From: a virus
IMG/VR virus record: IMGVR_UViG_3300045594_000115
Coordinates: 1 to 37,190 of that record
Length of the DNA: 37,190 nt
Reading direction: 5' to 3' (one strand)
Shown: positions 25,673-33,288 of the stretch, piece by piece
How positions within the stretch are numbered: the stretch's first letter is position 1
Layout of the letters: the number at the start of each line of letters is the position of its first letter
Position numbers and translations under genes: made by a program
Notes under the pieces: generated by a model
Told to the model about the DNA's origin: nothing
The model's database searches: none
Seen by the model: the letters and a program-made list of their open reading frames with translations, nothing else

Positions 25673-26485
25673 CTAATCAACGTCAACTTCATCGCCAGAA
25701 GCATAAGCGGCCCATGAGCAAAGGCAGTTAGGGTGAGCTGGAATCATGCCCTCGGCTTGTTTCAACGTGTAAACATCACCGTTGTGTTGCTTGCAGATGT
25801 CGCACGCGCCTGAGTTGATAACCCACACGACTTTCTTATATCCAGCATCACGAGCGTTAACGATACTTTGATGAGCCATGACACGGTCGCTTTCGGTTCT
25901 GATAATGCGGTCCGACTGATACTTCATGACACCAAATTCCTTGCGAAGCGCTGGGCTTTGTGTGATTGGGTTGCTGTGTGTCAGCAGCGCATTCTTCATC
26001 ATTTTTTTGAGGTCATTACGTAATGCGTCTTGATTTGACCAGATACGATCGCTCCATGTTGCACCATCGAACATCTTATTGATTGCTGATAAATCCGCTT
26101 TGATATGCTTGCCGTAAATTGATGATCCAAGCTTGGCTGTTTCTTCAACAAGATTGCCTAGCGATGATCCAATGTACCGAACTACCGAAATAGCCACGGC
26201 AGTTGAGTATACATAGGCAGCATATGACAGCAGTTCATCGTTGTTAGCAACTGATTTATGCTGAACGCCTGCTGACTGAGCATCTCGATCAAGCTGTTCT
26301 TTCAACTCGGGATCGTAATACCGCGAATCATCAGCGTGTGTGTAGTCTTCGTGTTTCTCATTGAACGCATACCAGAACGCCATGAAAGCTGCTGTATATT
26401 TGGCAACATCAATTGCTATCTGGCGGTGTTGCTTGTCTTGCTTGTCCGCGAACGCCTTGATCCGTTCCTTCGGTGTCTGTGTCAT
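25673..26485 (-). CDS. Minor head / head morphogenesis protein (SPP1 gp7 / Mu F-like)
   Basis: C-terminal signature ...CDICKQHNGDVYTL...IPAHPNCLCSW. It follows the portal gene. Confidence 0.85.
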   Translation of the reverse strand: MTQTPKERIKAFADKQDKQHRQIAIDVAKYTAAFMAFWYAFNEKHEDYTHADDSRYYDPELKEQLDRDAQSAGVQHKSVANNDELLSYAAYVYSTAVAISVVRYIGSSLGNLVEETAKLGSSIYGKHIKADLSAINKMFDGATWSDRIWSNQDALRNDLKKMMKNALLTHSNPITQSPALRKEFGVMKYQSDRIIRTESDRVMAHQSIVNARDAGYKKVVWVINSGACDICKQHNGDVYTLKQAEGMIPAHPNCLCSWAAYASGDEVDVD

Positions 26486-27929
26486 TGTTCGTCAAATCCT
26501 CACTGTAATCGCTGTCTTCCCGTTGTTTGGCAATCATATCGGTAATCTCTTGCGGATCAGTGACACCCGGTGCAAATCTGTAGAGATATTCTTGTGGCAG
26601 TGTCGCACCAGCAGCAACAAGCGCCTGAATTTGTGTGATATCGTCGGTTGGCAAATTGTCTCGGAAGGTGAACTGAATCGTATTAGGGTCTGTCTTCATT
26701 CCGCCTGACACGCTTTGATCCAATGCATAGATGATTGAATATCGCTGATACAATGACTTCTCAAACATTCTCCGTTTGATTGCCGCTAATTCGACAGTGC
26801 CAAGCAGCTTGTACTTCATTGCAACGCCAGAAACATTGTCTGCAAAGTTACTGTCAGTCAGGTCCGGTGTGTGGCTGAACTTGTGAATGTCTTCGGCAAC
26901 ACGTTTCTTATACGCTTCAGTGCCACTGACGTCATACTCTTTGTTGATGTATTTTGCGTCAACGCTCGTCTGTTGGCCGTTTGCCATCATTCGAGACTTG
27001 AGCAGCAGCATGTTGGCGTCTTTTTGTTCTTTGATAAGCTCTAGTTTGTCCTGTGCTAGCTTTTTCATTGCCTCAGGGTCGTTAGGGTCAACACCACTCA
27101 TAAGCGTGCTACCGTTGAATAAGGCATCAATGTCGCCTGTGATGACCAGCAATGCATCATTCAAGTCCGTCATGTAGTTAGCGGTATCAGACTGTGCCGA
27201 ATCGTACAGGTCAATCAGTGAGATCACATGTTCGAAGTCACCTGTTCGGAACCGGTTATTGTCATACTCGACAACGGGAAACACGCGAATGATCTCGCTG
27301 TGATCCAAATACATTGCACCGCCAACCGTGGTCGGCTTATAAATGTCATGCTCTGTTGCAGTCCATGTTTCGGGGATGATGTCGATGATTGTCTTGTTAT
27401 TCTCGTCAACCAATTCTACTGAATGATAGCGAACAGCCATGATTGGTTGCGGATCAACGTCAAGCGAGTAGATTACGAACGTGTCAAGCGGATCTAAGCG
27501 CACGCAATGCTCGATTGAGTCGCTACCGTAGTAAACGTACTCGTATGCACGTCCATAGCGCGTCATGTCTAGGAACAGATCATAGTTGAGCGCGTCTAGG
27601 TCGTTCACGCGTGTGATTTGATCAAGCCGTTTGTCATCTTTGTCAAGCTTCACATTAACCGGATTACCAACGGAATATGCTGTCTGGAAATCAGCAATGT
27701 ACTTACCGAATGAATGAACGGATCGATGGTCTGACTTGCCAGTTTCAATACGCCGTGACTGTGGCTGCAGAATGCCTTCGTTCTGGCCCTTGTAATATCG
27801 ATCAAGCTTTTTCAGCCGTGGAAGCTGATATTCGTGGTGGTGGAAAATGAACTTCATAATCCGATCCGGAGTGAGGTTCGTAATGTCTTCTTGATACAGT
27901 AAGTTTGATTCTTCAAATGGGTCCATCAT
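26409..27929 (-). CDS. Portal protein (SPP1 gp6-like)
   Basis: 506 aa, located immediately downstream of TerL. Confidence 0.9.
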   Translation of the reverse strand: MMDPFEESNLLYQEDITNLTPDRIMKFIFHHHEYQLPRLKKLDRYYKGQNEGILQPQSRRIETGKSDHRSVHSFGKYIADFQTAYSVGNPVNVKLDKDDKRLDQITRVNDLDALNYDLFLDMTRYGRAYEYVYYGSDSIEHCVRLDPLDTFVIYSLDVDPQPIMAVRYHSVELVDENNKTIIDIIPETWTATEHDIYKPTTVGGAMYLDHSEIIRVFPVVEYDNNRFRTGDFEHVISLIDLYDSAQSDTANYMTDLNDALLVITGDIDALFNGSTLMSGVDPNDPEAMKKLAQDKLELIKEQKDANMLLLKSRMMANGQQTSVDAKYINKEYDVSGTEAYKKRVAEDIHKFSHTPDLTDSNFADNVSGVAMKYKLLGTVELAAIKRRMFEKSLYQRYSIIYALDQSVSGGMKTDPNTIQFTFRDNLPTDDITQIQALVAAGATLPQEYLYRFAPGVTDPQEITDMIAKQREDSDYSEDLTNNDTDTEGTDQGVRGQARQATPPDSN

Positions 27930-27930
27930 G

Positions 27931-29229
27931 TCACCCCAATCCTAGATTTTTGATTGTCTGAATACGTTCTTGGTTGCTCATGTAATGGCCGGCAGTTCTG
28001 AACATGAACGGTTCCATCGCATACCGTAATGCATCAATCGCGTGGTTATTCGCGTCGACTGGCGTGTTCGTCCAGTTGTCAAACTTGTCTTTGGAGTAAA
28101 CGTAGGTATTGAACTCTTCTAGCAGTCCCTTGACGCGGGGATGAACAACAAAATGGTAAGACTGCATATACTGAATTCCTTGTGAGACGCTGTCTTTGCC
28201 CTTGCCAGCACCTATGATGTTCGGCACACCATATACACCTGACAGTTCGGATATGAGCCTCTGCTCGGCGCTGTCGGCCGTTATCTGCAAGCCATAGCCT
28301 TTGTGTTGTCCAATAGCCTCAGCAATCTGCTGTGTCAGCATTCCTTGCTGGTAGAACTCATCGTAGATATACACGACTCTGCTCTGCTGATCGATTGCCA
28401 TAAACTCCCCTGCTGTCGGGTCATGTTTGAAACCGAAGTCAAGGCCAACCGCTTTTGGCAACCCAGCAATGTCTTCCATGCTGAAATCACGCTGCTCGAA
28501 AAGTCCATCGAACACAAGGCCTTCTGCAATGCCCCAGTCACCATATACGGCAACACGGGCACGGTTAGGATTGCGCTTGATCATGTCTTTTAGGCTTGCA
28601 ATGTAATCATCGTCAAGATATGGGTTGTCCTTGTACGTGGTCGTGAACGATTTAGAGCGTGGGTTCTTTGTGTCTTCATCAAAAAACTCACGCTTAAGCC
28701 AATGCTGATCACTCCACGGGTTGAATGTGATGATCGACTGGTAATAGCCATCAGGATCGTTGATCGCGCCACGCATGGTTTCTTCAACGGTCTTGAATGC
28801 GTCTAGTGACTTAAGCTCATACGCTTCTTCCCACCATGCACGAGCGAGCACGCCGGTAGTTGGTTGCAATGAAGTAACGGCCAGTGGTTTGTCCATGCCA
28901 CGAAAAAACACCTTCTGGCCGGTTGGCTTAAAGGTGATTTCTAGGGGTGACAGTGTGAACTTGAATAGATCATAAACGCCTAGCCGGTTTGCTGCTTGCT
29001 GGATAGTTGAATATGTCGAATCCTTGTTCGTATATGCGTATTGACGAAGCACGATCCAATTGACATAAGGGTGCAAGATGATTTGCATAATCACATCCTC
29101 GGCAACAGAAAACGACTTGCGCGATCCACGACTGCCTTTGTATGTCAGGTAGCGTGTTCTGTCATTGTACAGTGGCGCATAGGCTTTGGGGACGATTGAA
29201 TCCAGATCAATGTTGATTTGCACTGTCAT
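27931..29229 (-). CDS. terL: Terminase large subunit (PBSX-like, headful type)
   Basis: N-terminal ATPase motif YKGSRGSRKSF. 432 aa. It overlaps the TerS end. Confidence 0.9.
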   Translation of the reverse strand: MTVQINIDLDSIVPKAYAPLYNDRTRYLTYKGSRGSRKSFSVAEDVIMQIILHPYVNWIVLRQYAYTNKDSTYSTIQQAANRLGVYDLFKFTLSPLEITFKPTGQKVFFRGMDKPLAVTSLQPTTGVLARAWWEEAYELKSLDAFKTVEETMRGAINDPDGYYQSIITFNPWSDQHWLKREFFDEDTKNPRSKSFTTTYKDNPYLDDDYIASLKDMIKRNPNRARVAVYGDWGIAEGLVFDGLFEQRDFSMEDIAGLPKAVGLDFGFKHDPTAGEFMAIDQQSRVVYIYDEFYQQGMLTQQIAEAIGQHKGYGLQITADSAEQRLISELSGVYGVPNIIGAGKGKDSVSQGIQYMQSYHFVVHPRVKGLLEEFNTYVYSKDKFDNWTNTPVDANNHAIDALRYAMEPFMFRTAGHYMSNQERIQTIKNLGLG

Positions 29230-29722
29230 CGCCTCCGTCTTGCTGAATTGGCTTGATGTTGATTGTGATGTTGCTTGTATCTTCGCTGGTCTCGCGTTTG
29301 GCTTTAGCCGCCATGATGTCCGCTTCGGCTTCTAACTTCTTGATCTGAGCTCCCAGCATACGATCATCAGCGGGGTAACGCTTTAGTAACTCCTTGCCAG
29401 CAGACATGCGGTCTTTGATACTTGGATCGTTTTCAACAGCATCTGCACCGTCTGGAGTACTAACTATAATTGTTTCTTTTGCCTCTCCACGAAGCACTGT
29501 GGTGAAGTATTGAAGCACCTCAGCAGCCTTGGCAATCTTGTCAGATTCGAGGCGTTTCATGCGTTCGTCGATGGCAGCTTTAATGTTAGGTTTTGTTAGG
29601 TTTTCTGCACCGACAAATCTAGCCGTTCTTTTGCTGTATCCTGCTTCTAGTGCCGCTTTGGTAGCATTGCTATCAGCAATATAAGAGTCAACGAACTTCT
29701 TCTGTTTTGCTGTCAGTTTCAT
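29207..29722 (-). CDS. terS: Terminase small subunit (Terminase_2 / P27-like)
   Basis: MKLTAKQKKFVDSYIADSNATKAALEAGYSKRTARFVGAENLTKPNI is the classical TerS HTH N-terminus. Confidence 0.85.
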   Translation of the reverse strand: MKLTAKQKKFVDSYIADSNATKAALEAGYSKRTARFVGAENLTKPNIKAAIDERMKRLESDKIAKAAEVLQYFTTVLRGEAKETIIVSTPDGADAVENDPSIKDRMSAGKELLKRYPADDRMLGAQIKKLEAEADIMAAKAKRETSEDTSNITINIKPIQQDGGDDSANQH

Positions 29723-29853
29723 CACATATCACCACACCTCCCGCGCTTTTTCTTGTCTTCCTTAGCCTTCTTCTTTTGGCGCTCTTCTCTTGACAACTTC
29801 TCGATGATGTATTTTTCTGTTCCGCAGACGTAACCGTATCCGACTCGTTTCAT
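29722..29853 (-). CDS. Possible small basic protein, 43 aa
   Basis: It fills the gap between the phosphoesterase and terS, and its stop overlaps the terS start. The RBS is weak. Confidence 0.3.
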   Translation of the reverse strand: MKRVGYGYVCGTEKYIIEKLSREERQKKKAKEDKKKRGRCGDM

Positions 29854-29857
29854 TCCA

Positions 29858-31075
29858 TTAGTTGAGTTCATAAGTACACCTCAATCGCGTGTCGTCATAA
29901 ACGAACGCATACAGCAGATGTTTGCCCGTGGTGAAGCCATTCTTAATCTCATAGGGATCATTTGGCTTTGCTGTTCCAAGCTGGCGCCACATAATGCCAC
30001 GATCATCTTTAAACCGCTCGCTATGATAGTGGCCGGAGTGAAGCTCGTATGTTTTTGCCATATTGAATATTTTTTTGTACTCAAATGGAAAAAGTCCTGT
30101 CAGCTTGTCCTTGGCTACATCTCCGTGGGCGAGCATAATGCCAACATGCCCTAGCAAGTATGCACAGCGCCAGTCGGTTGCCGGATTACTATCATTGAGA
30201 TCAACGTGCACTTGTGGATAGCGATCTATCAGCGCATAAAGAAAAGCGTATTCGAGATCACCTGAATGGTTACCGAACACGCTCTTGATTGAGACGCGAT
30301 TGCTATATTCAATTGCCAGCGGAACAATTTGATCAAACAGCTTCACTGCATCATGGAATGCCTGACGCATGTTTGCGTGATCTAGTTGTGTCCCTCTAAC
30401 CGTTTGTGTTGCATGAATCTGATCACTATGGAATAGATCTCCCAATTGCTCGATCACAATCTCGTTGTAGCCGTCCATGATGATCTCTCTAAGTTGACTC
30501 ACCATGTCTTTTAGATCGGCGAATGTTGTCCAGCCAAAATGCAGGTCAGGCAATGGGATGACTAAGTTGCGATCGCCCGATTTCTTCATGCCGTAATTGA
30601 CCGGAATTATTTTTTCATTGAACGCTTCAGCCATTTCACTTATCGATAAGCCTTGTTTCGGCTTTACGCGAATATGAATGCTGTACTGCGGAACTGTGCC
30701 GTCTTCGGTACTATGCTGCTCATACACTTTGTAGTCGCCTAAGACCATCTCGAACTTATCAGGATCGTATCCACACAACTCCATCAAAGTTCGTGGGTCT
30801 TTATTTGGCTCATGCTTGAGTCTCATTAAGGCCGTGACTGTTTGGCTACCATCAGCATTAAGAGCTACTTTTCTGTCAGCGGATGGCGTCTCCCTATTTG
30901 TTCCGTCTGAATCGTATTCATTCTTCAGTGGTTTTTGGAACTCGATGCCAAGCCGTCTTGCTTTACCTTGAAGAGCGTCATAGCTAATCCCGAGCTTGTC
31001 TGCCGTCTCACGTCTGGTAAAGCCTTCAGAGGCGAGCTTCCTAATTCCACTGATTTGTTCATCTGTCCATTGCAT
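29858..31075 (-). CDS. HTH-fused calcineurin-like metallophosphoesterase, 405 aa
   Basis: N-terminal HTH (GFTRRETADKLGISYDALQGKARRLGI). The phosphoesterase motifs appear in order: PDLHFG (DxH), GDLFHSD, GNHS, HGD, GHYH. GGAGGCG RBS. Confidence 0.75.
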   Translation of the reverse strand: MQWTDEQISGIRKLASEGFTRRETADKLGISYDALQGKARRLGIEFQKPLKNEYDSDGTNRETPSADRKVALNADGSQTVTALMRLKHEPNKDPRTLMELCGYDPDKFEMVLGDYKVYEQHSTEDGTVPQYSIHIRVKPKQGLSISEMAEAFNEKIIPVNYGMKKSGDRNLVIPLPDLHFGWTTFADLKDMVSQLREIIMDGYNEIVIEQLGDLFHSDQIHATQTVRGTQLDHANMRQAFHDAVKLFDQIVPLAIEYSNRVSIKSVFGNHSGDLEYAFLYALIDRYPQVHVDLNDSNPATDWRCAYLLGHVGIMLAHGDVAKDKLTGLFPFEYKKIFNMAKTYELHSGHYHSERFKDDRGIMWRQLGTAKPNDPYEIKNGFTTGKHLLYAFVYDDTRLRCTYELN

Positions 31076-31096
31076 CTACTCGCCTCCGTAAATATT

Positions 31097-31129
31097 TATA
31101 AAAATAGCACCCCACATGAAGTGAAGTGC
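31097..31129 (-). terminator. Intrinsic terminator closing the non-coding RNA locus (minus strand)
   Basis: Minus strand GCACUUCAC-UUCAU-GUGGGGUGC (9 bp including 2 G.U pairs) followed by UAUUUUUAU. Confidence 0.6.
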
Positions 31130-31173
31130 CATAGTACGGTGCCTACTCCTAGGGTTTACCAGACTTGGTCCAA

Positions 31174-31257
31174 TATCGCTGGTCGGGATTTGCACCCGAC
31201 ATGATGTGCACGCTACCATCTACGTGTCCTAGCGTCTACCTATTCCGCCACAGCGAT
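31174..31257 (-). ncRNA. tRNA-like element B (class II tRNA-like 5' half, acceptor and T-arm; no canonical anticodon arm)
   Basis: The minus-strand RNA has a perfect 7-bp acceptor AUCGCUG/CAGCGAU. It has U8, a D-arm GCGG-AAUAGGUAG-ACGC (A14, G18G19 as in Leu/Ser/Tyr tRNAs) and a T-arm GUCGGG-UGCAAAU-CCCGAC (6 bp). The 84-nt length fits class II. No 5-bp/7-nt anticodon hairpin can be drawn in the central 30 nt, and no CCA is encoded. Confidence 0.45.
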
Positions 31258-31321
31258 TTGCTCGCTCTCCCAGTGTCAGATGGGGTCATCGCAAGCTGTG
31301 TCCGGTCGCTAAACTGGACAA

Positions 31322-31385
31322 TGTGGCATGCGGGAATCGAACCCGCCTGACTATCACAGCCAGTCCATTTGCCACGCCTTGCCAC
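31322..31385 (-). ncRNA. tRNA-like element A (acceptor, anticodon-like hairpin and canonical T-arm; D-arm missing)
   Basis: The minus-strand RNA has a T-arm GCGGG-UUCGAUU-CCCGC (textbook T-loop) and a 3' acceptor AUGCCAC pairing with either of two tandem GUGGCAA copies. A hairpin CUGGC-UGUGAUA-GUCAG abuts the T-arm with no variable loop. At 54 to 64 nt it is too short for a cloverleaf. Confidence 0.4.
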
Positions 31386-31484
31386 AGTTTTATCATCACT
31401 GAGGCTCGGAGTAAAAATGCGGTGTCTTAGGTTTCTCACCTTTGGCACAATACCATCATATGACGGAAATACGGTTGAAAGGTC

Positions 31485-31922
31485 TCACAAAGGTCTCATC
31501 TCGATTTCAACCAATGGGCAAATCTCAGCGAATGCGATTAGCGCCTCTCGTTTTGTTCGATAATACTGGGCTTTTGATAAAAACAGCTTGTCCATTATTT
31601 GCTGGTCACTATATCGTTTGGTTAAGTAAGAACTTGTTAGTATAAGCCGATGATTCGCTGAATCCAGAGATTCGATAGCACCTTCACAGCACGCTATATA
31701 GTACAGCTCGTCAGCGTGCGATATCACCTTTTCCTCAGCTTTGTTGCCATAGCTAGGTGACTTGGGCATGCCGTCCATCACGGGACTTCTGAGCGCTATT
31801 TTGGTGCGTTGAGCGAGCCGCTTGTGATGCCAGTAGTTCCCCAAGACCTCTTTGGCGTTTTCAATTGTTTTGTCATGATCAATTGGGCTAAAATATCTCG
31901 TTGCTCGCACCACTGCGTCCAC
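31485..31922 (-). CDS. arpU: ArpU-family late transcriptional regulator
   Basis: 145 aa, located at the early/late boundary upstream of the packaging genes. The sequence pattern ...ENAKEVLGNYWHHKRLA...YYRTKREALIAFAE is typical of ArpU/RinA-like regulators. Confidence 0.75.
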   Translation of the reverse strand: MDAVVRATRYFSPIDHDKTIENAKEVLGNYWHHKRLAQRTKIALRSPVMDGMPKSPSYGNKAEEKVISHADELYYIACCEGAIESLDSANHRLILTSSYLTKRYSDQQIMDKLFLSKAQYYRTKREALIAFAEICPLVEIEMRPL

Positions 31923-31957
31923 TCCTCATGGTATTATTTGGTTGGGTTTGTAGGATA

Positions 31958-31982
31958 AGCGTGCCGTGATGGTGCGCTTTTT
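31958..31982 (+). terminator. Plus-strand-oriented intrinsic terminator (AGCGTGCC-gtgat-GGTGCGCT-TTTT)
   Basis: 8-bp stem (2 G.T pairs) followed by a T-run on the plus strand only. It lies in the gap upstream of arpU. Confidence 0.45.
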
Positions 31983-31984
31983 GT

Positions 31985-32134
31985 CTACCCAAACGCGGCC
32001 TTCCAGAGTATTTTTACAACCCAGCACCCCACAAGAATGAAAACCGCTGTCAAGAATGCACAGCCCACGAAACAGCCGCCAAATATCCCAACCTGTGCTA
32101 TCCTTTCTGGTTTTGACTGATGCTCATTCGTCAT
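31985..32134 (-). CDS. Small membrane protein, 49 aa (below the ORF-track cutoff)
   Basis: ATG at 32134 after GAGGAG. Translation is MTNEHQSKPERIAQVGIFGGCFVGCAFLTAVFILVGCWVVKILWKAAFG*. Confidence 0.45.
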   Translation of the reverse strand: MTNEHQSKPERIAQVGIFGGCFVGCAFLTAVFILVGCWVVKILWKAAFG

Positions 32135-32438
32135 GACTCTCCTCTTCTAGATAGCCATGTTTAACTAGATCATCAAGTTCTTCCCAAGAAGTAACGTCCA
32201 ATGAACCCTGATTAAGATTCGTATAGGCTTGACCATCTACTTTGTCTAAATTAGCGACCTCCGGAGTGTCATCATACAAAAGAACTTGTCCTTTTTCGAT
32301 AATTTGCATGCTTAAGCCCTCTAATCCACTACCAAGGCTTCTAATTGCCCCGTTGCCAGTGTATTCAATAGCGCGAATTAACTTGCCCTTAACGCTTGAA
32401 TCACCATCTAATACTTTATACAATTTGCTAGTTCTCAT
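32124..32438 (-). CDS. Hypothetical acidic protein, 104 aa
   Basis: The start was moved to the ATG at 32438 (MRTSKLYKV...) after a GGGAGGAAAAG RBS. Confidence 0.65.
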   Translation of the reverse strand: MRTSKLYKVLDGDSSVKGKLIRAIEYTGNGAIRSLGSGLEGLSMQIIEKGQVLLYDDTPEVANLDKVDGQAYTNLNQGSLDVTSWEELDDLVKHGYLEEESHDE

Positions 32439-32496
32439 TGCTTTTCCTCCCTGATTGAATATGATATATCCCAAAGTACAAACATTATGGCCTCCG

Positions 32497-32528
32497 GCGC
32501 GTCCTTCATCAGACGCGCTTTTTTATTT
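32497..32528 (+). terminator. Plus-strand-oriented intrinsic terminator (GCGCGTC-cttcatca-GACGCGC-TTTTTTATTT)
   Basis: Perfect 7-bp GC-rich stem followed by T6 on the plus strand. On the minus strand the hairpin is followed by CGGAGGCC, with no U-tract. Confidence 0.6.
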
Positions 32529-32532
32529 GCAA

Positions 32533-32607
32533 TCATTTTCCTCTTTTCCAGTTAGCCCACATCCACATTGCAACACCTGCGATTAGCAACATGACGGCAA
32601 TCATCAT
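32533..32607 (-). CDS. Possible 24-aa hydrophobic peptide
   Basis: The ATG overlaps the stop of the preceding small ORF. Translation is MMIAVMLLIAGVAMWMWANWKRGK*. It is very short, so confidence is low. Confidence 0.25.
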   Translation of the reverse strand: MMIAVMLLIAGVAMWMWANWKRGK

Positions 32608-32732
32608 TTCTGCTTATTTACCCAATGAAGGAATGCCAGCAGAATTGCCGCAAGGACACCACATATGATGATCAAATTCATGTTCAGCGCTGATGGAGAC
32701 ATATTCCATATGTTGTTTATCATCTGTTTCAT
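32604..32732 (-). CDS. Small membrane protein, 42 aa
   Basis: The ATG overlaps the upstream stop (ATGA). GGGAGGGAAGG RBS. Translation is MKQMINNIWNMSPSALNMNLIIICGVLAAILLAFLHWVNKQK*. Confidence 0.4.
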   Translation of the reverse strand: MKQMINNIWNMSPSALNMNLIIICGVLAAILLAFLHWVNKQK

Positions 32733-32911
32733 TGCCTTCCCTCCCTGATTGCATCAGCGATGTCCCAAAGTTCAATCAATATTGCAAGTATCATTAGGAA
32801 AATAAACGTTTTGTAAAAACCGAATTTCATATATTTTTCAGGTAAGAATGAAGACACCAGAGCTAATACGAAACCAACCCATGACATGAAACGGTAAGGC
32901 CTTATTTTCAT
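32729..32911 (-). CDS. Small two-TM membrane protein, 60 aa
   Basis: Hydrophobic segments FVLALVSSFL and TFIFLMILAILIELW. Coupled to the yopX-like stop. Confidence 0.6.
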   Translation of the reverse strand: MKIRPYRFMSWVGFVLALVSSFLPEKYMKFGFYKTFIFLMILAILIELWDIADAIREGRQ

Positions 32912-33288
32912 TACTCTTCCTCCAGCATCTCCGTATTCTCAAAGATGTTGCCGATGACTTCTAGAATTGGCGGATAATCTAGGACTATATCATCATCAAG
33001 CATGAACATACTGCCGTGAAACTCAACGATGCCTGTAGCTTCTGACCCGCGATAATCTGGCTCATCTCGATCTGGTTCCTGATCATATGCATGAACGATA
33101 TCGCCTTCGTAGATTGATCGTCCGTTCTTGTCTTTAAGTCCGGTGTACTGACACCAAACGTAGTCATCGGGATCAAACATATCCCAGTCATCACAACAAA
33201 CCATATTTTCCACAAGGCCGTCTTCGTCCTTTATGAACCATTTATGATTCTTGCTGTCCCAAAGCCTGAACTTAATCTCTCGTTTCAT
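32911..33288 (-). CDS. YopX-family protein
   Basis: MKREIKFRLWD...QYTGLKDKNGRSIYEGDIV...EVIGNIFENTEMLE is the hallmark YopX pattern. Confidence 0.85.
   Translation of the reverse strand: MKREIKFRLWDSKNHKWFIKDEDGLVENMVCCDDWDMFDPDDYVWCQYTGLKDKNGRSIYEGDIVHAYDQEPDRDEPDYRGSEATGIVEFHGSMFMLDDDIVLDYPPILEVIGNIFENTEMLEEE

Noticed and set aside
31174-31385. Calling the two T-arm-containing elements as bona fide tRNA genes (for example tRNA-Leu/Ser-like and tRNA-His-like)
   Set aside because: I could not draw a canonical cloverleaf for either. Element A lacks a D-arm and variable loop (54 to 64 nt). Element B lacks a 5-bp/7-nt anticodon arm and has a 6-bp T-stem. They are reported as tRNA-like ncRNA pending tRNAscan-SE or Infernal.
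31165-31563. Short ORFs in the ArpU-downstream gap (61 aa plus strand, 70 aa minus strand, 64 aa plus strand)
   Set aside because: They have no Shine-Dalgarno sequences, use non-ATG or context-less starts, have Arg/Ser/Cys-rich random-looking composition, and overlap the tRNA-like structures and the terminator.
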